Shown piece after piece: positions 60,240 to 64,000 of a stretch of 64,000 nucleotides of DNA. Below the pieces are notes generated by a model, which made no database searches, had not been told where the DNA came from, and worked only from the letters and a program-made list of their open reading frames with translations. Source of the stretch: Mytilus californianus (Eukaryota); assembly GCF_021869535.1 (NCBI RefSeq), contig NW_026262712.1, positions 52,018,001 to 52,082,000 of the forward strand, in the 5' to 3' direction. How positions within the stretch are numbered: the stretch's first letter is position 1; each line of letters begins with the position of its first letter. The position numbers and the translations under genes were made by a program.

Positions 60240-61002
60240 AAGGTTCATCATAACAAATGGACAAATATGGCTGTATTTACACCTCAAAAACTTCTCTGTG
60301 TACAGACTTACCTGTGCAGTTTGGAAAGTTTTAATTAAGGCCTGGCATCCACTAGATATATAAAATTTAAATGCATTTTGTGATTTAGAAAGATAAAATC
60401 ATTTCTGGATTTTGATGCACATTTTTTTTCGTTTCTGCAGAAGGTGTAAAAATAAACAAACACCTGATTTGCATTTGATACTGTCCACTCAGTTACACCC
60501 TTTAACTCACCTGTAGTTGTGTAGATATCTATTCAGTGGTGGATCCAGAAATTTTCATAAGTGGGGGCCCACTGACTGCCTAAAAGGGGGCCTGCTCCAG
60601 TCATGCTTCAGTGATTCCCTATATAATCAACCAAATTTTTCCCAAAAAAGGGGGGCCCGGGCCCCCCTGGGCCCCCACTAAATCCGCCTCTGCTATTGTC
60701 CATGCCAACCAAGAATAATCAATACAATATTAAACAGTTGTTACATGAGAGGGAGCATCTCAAAGTTGTATCCCAACTTAGTTTATTTTTACACCTTCTG
60801 TACGAACGAAAAAAAATGCCCATCAAAATCAAAAAAAGATTTTATCTTTCTGAAATGCAAAATGTATTTAACTTTTATATATCTAGTTGATGCCTGGCAT
60901 TAAAACTTTTCCAACTGGAAAGGTAAGTCTGTTTTCAGAGTAGTTTTTGTCAAATTTTGAGGTGTAAATACAGCCATATTTGTCAATTTGTTATGATGAA
61001 CT
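60240..61002. mobile_element. Foldback/MITE with long inverted arms hosting a nested MITE
   Basis: gttcatcataacaaatggacaaatatggctgtatttacacctcaaaa / ttttgaggtgtaaatacagccatatttgtcaatttgttatgatgaac. Confidence 0.65.
60534..60692. mobile_element. 159-bp GC-rich MITE with a 5-bp TSD
   Basis: ctatt|CAGTGGTGGAT ... ATCCGCCTCTG|ctatt. Confidence 0.7.
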
Positions 61003-61149
61003 TGTGTGAGTGTTTTTCTAGTATTATATCTGAAATTTTAATTACATATACTTGTCGCATGCACAAAAAATCTATTCACATCTCAGAGTTCAACTCCTAT
61101 ATCTGTAGTAGTCTGATCAAGGACGTTTAGTTACAAATCCTTGGTCTGA

Positions 61150-61390
61150 TCAAATTCCTTCACGAAGGCGTCCTCAGCAACACAAAATGCGCCATCTTGG
61201 ATGTTTAAATAATCTCTAAAATTAAACGAGGGCTAAATATATCATTAAATCTAATGAGAACATAATCATTTCCTTTTTAAACATTTTTTTTAATTTTTGA
61301 ATTGAGATAGACTAGATAAATTAGAAATAAATAGTAATTCGATCGTTTCTCGGTTAGAGGTTACTTGAGGATCAAAACATGGCAGCGAAA
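61150..61390. promoter_or_regulatory. Candidate bidirectional promoter core
   Basis: YY1-type CGCCATCTT at 61190-61198 (AAGATGGCG on the minus strand) and AACATGGC at 61377-61384 on the plus strand, diverging, in CpG-richer sequence. Confidence 0.3.
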
Positions 61391-63146
61391 ACGTCGAAAA
61401 ATCTGTCATCACTAAAACAACGAAATAAATCGACTACAGGTAGAATTCTGACAAGTTCTCTTGGGGCTACACCAAGGGCCCGTCTCCCACAGATCTACGA
61501 TCTATCATATACTCGCTCAAAGGGCTGGTATGACATATGTGAGTGAACAAGACCTTCCAAATTTGTGTACCAGATCAGTACAATATTTAGTAGTAAATTA
61601 TAGGCATGCCTGGTTTGTAGTTTAACTTTTACTAACAAAGACCATATGTTTTCTTCTTCATAAGGCTTAACATAGCCCTGTTCCCATCTCAATTTTATAT
61701 GAATATGATGAGTTGTTATGAAAAAGTTTAAAATAAAATATTTGTACAGACTACATGAGGATACAGTAACAAATACACTCATGCGAGTCATGGCAGGGTC
61801 CGACACTTACGGTTGTCCGATTGCCCGGGGCAAGCTAATGCCGTATTCGGACAAGTAAAAACATCATCTTGGTTGTCCGATCGGGCAAGTGAAAAAAAAG
61901 TGTTATATGATTAAAATTTCACAAAATCAATAGTGTCTGTTGTTTTGTCCATAGATTACTCAGTGATAACAACGCACGGTCGAGTAAAGTGGTCTTAACC
62001 CCCCTTCAATGCGTATATTTCGTCAATTGTTCGCACTGAATTCCCCATTTTACCAAAAATAGATCATGTTTAAAAATATTGGCCAATCAGGCGGCCGCGG
62101 CGTTGCTTCGTCATTATCGTTATCCATCGGGACACCACTCGGGCGTTTCCGACGCACATGTTATTCCCACCGACCAATGGAAAGCGGAGGTCTATTTTCG
62201 TTGTTCTAACTTTATAATTTGACATCGGATGTGTATTTCCCTAAGATGGAAAAACGTAAAAGCTTGAAAGAGAAAATGAAATTAAACTTTAACAAATTTG
62301 TCAGTTGTTGTCAGTTTATCAAGAAGGGTTATTTGAAATGGCATTTCTTAGATAAATTATTATGAAATAAGTATCTCTATGTAAATGATCCAATTCCCGT
62401 ATATTCATCGATCTTTTCCCTCCCTCCTCGGCTCATATATGCCTCATAGTATATTTTCATACTCCATAATCAATTTACACCCCATATACATGATAACTAT
62501 ATTTTATCTGCATGTACTACATTACAATCACAAAAATAGCATGTAAAAGTTTGGGCATGTAGATTTCACTTTCGGACAAGTAAAAGTAATAGGGCACTTG
62601 CCCAACTGGACAAGTTGGTATAAAAGTTAATGTCGAACCCTGCATGGGGGTCTGATCCCAGGTCCCGCTTATTGATTTGTCAGATTCCTGTATCCCGCTT
62701 ATCATTGTTTTAATTTCACTTGTTCCGCCCGACTTTTTTTCCTGTATTCATGCACAATAATTTTACATCACGTGTCATGCTTACAAAACAATCGGCCAAT
62801 CCTGTGTCACGCTTAGTCCCCAATGAGACCCAAAAATATTACAATGGAAGATGACATTACTACCTGTAATTCTCAGACGGCAAAGTTGAATTTGCAGGTT
62901 AATACATGTCAGTGAATCAATTTGGAACTCTTCCTCATACATCATTTGTACATGTATATATGTCAAAATACTTTCTGAGTTGTATTAGTAAACTTCTACT
63001 TGTTATGAGTCTTCAAGCATGTCAAGAAGTAAGGATTATTTCTACTTGTTCTTTGTGGTACTTAGATGCATTTACAGGAAAACCAGACTGGTTTACGATG
63101 TCTGGTACAGTATATCATTTGGCATGTTGTACGGCAAAAATGTATG
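61379..63146 (+). CDS. First two putative exons (61379-61439; 63066 or 63078 to 63146) of an unidentified gene continuing beyond the window
   Basis: aaacATGG start, phase-1 donor G|GTagaa, and an in-frame second exon giving MAAKTSKNLSSLKQRNKSTT(DAFT)GKPDWFTMSGTVYHLACCTAKMYG with donor G|GTaaca. Only a weak resemblance to the first helix of AIG1/ADTRP-family proteins. Confidence 0.4.
61794..62642. mobile_element. 849-bp non-autonomous TIR element, CAG...CTG termini, 5-bp TSD (hAT5-like signature)
   Basis: catgg|CAGGGTCCGACA ... TGTCGAACCCTG|catgg; repeated subterminal ggacaagt/gggcaagt motifs. Confidence 0.72.
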
Positions 63147-64000
63147 GTAACAGGTTAAAATACACACTTGATATTTTGACATTTCTTTAGAAACTAAACA
63201 AGAAAACAACATTAATTCCACTAAAACTGCCTATAGATGAGAAAGAAAAGAGGATTATGGATGAGTTTTCTCTGGGTTGAATAATTTTAACAAGGCCAAA
63301 AGAGATGTCTTTATCCATTTGTTGAAAAAACAAGCAAATTTTTATTTTAATGGCATGTAATGATCATGATGATTTAATAATTTGAATAATGTAACAAAAG
63401 TTAAAACAAACCCTGGCAGATACAAACTGCTAGTTTTGACGTACGCACATGTTTAATTATATATAGTATCGACAGAAAATTGTATGCACAGATGCAGCTT
63501 GCAATTTTAAACAGTACCATTAAATTTTTTAAATGTCTGATATATTAACAATGATTAAGGAGCATTTGTTTCCCTTCATTGTTACAAGCAAGATTTGAAT
63601 CCTTTTCAAAGGAAAATTACATAGTAGTATTCCTGTCTTGTGTACAAAAAGCTGGAAAGAAGATAAGCAAGGGTCTAGTAGCGAAGAGTAATAAATTTTG
63701 GACTGGTCCCCTAAATTTTAACTGAAAACTTGAATAACGCTTAATCTTTCATATTGTGGCATTGGGCCCCTGATAGAAAGTGTCAGTATTTTCTGGGCAG
63801 TTATTGGTCATGATTTCATCAGAAAATACAAAAAGTAGTTTGTACTTTTAAGGTTGCTTTGCCTGGAAGATCATAGATTTTTGGAAAAAAAATAGTCTTG
63901 TCCATGACTCAATTCTTAAGTTCTATAGCTAGTTCTAATATAAAACTATATGTTGTCATGGTTGTGGTTGTTTTTTCTGGTTACAATTGTATTTAGATAT

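Noticed and set aside
60306-60511. Strong minus-strand donors (CAG|GTAAGT, CAG|GTGAGT) as TTLL1 5'-UTR exons
   Set aside because: They lie within a foldback element whose opposite arm repeats the first motif at ~60875-60935; TE-derived with no evidence of use.
62844-62897. Alternative first exon MEDDITTCNSQTAKLNLQ
   Set aside because: Its phase-0 donor does not match the phase-1 frame of the downstream KPDWF exon, and the donor is weak.

Overview
AT-rich, intron- and repeat-rich animal DNA. The repeat families look like those of a bivalve mollusc, probably Mytilus (inferred from recognising the repeats, no database search). Most entries in the supplied ORF track are spurious; the real genes are split into short exons that I reconstructed by hand from splice sites and reading frame. 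(1) Minus strand 569-833: one exon of a DZIP3-type HEPN-domain gene that continues off the left edge. (2) Plus strand 9551-18316: a complete 7-exon RLIG1/C12orf29 RNA ligase (343 aa, EKLDG motif with K57, one GC-AG intron). (3) Minus strand 20569-55721: a complete 14-exon tubulin glutamylase TTLL1 (423 aa), convergent with RLIG1. (4) A candidate opposite-strand exon nested in TTLL1 intron 2. (5) The first two putative exons of an unidentified plus-strand gene at 61379-63146. Introns are filled with non-autonomous DNA transposons (TIR elements with 8-, 7- and 5-bp TSDs, PIF/Harbinger TTA/TAA, TTAA), Helentron-like elements with ~160-bp internal repeats, tRNA-derived SINEs, a retroelement 3' remnant and minisatellites. 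Main findings: TTLL1 exon 5 exists as two frame-locked, synonymously diverged copies (mutually exclusive exons). Both copies encode ARGIGI, the initiase-type loop, where vertebrate TTLL1 has the elongase-type AQGKGI. Two further small duplications copy TTLL1 splice sites, one giving a same-phase exon that lacks the catalytic Asp. No prokaryotic-type system, CRISPR array, rRNA or true tRNA gene was found.
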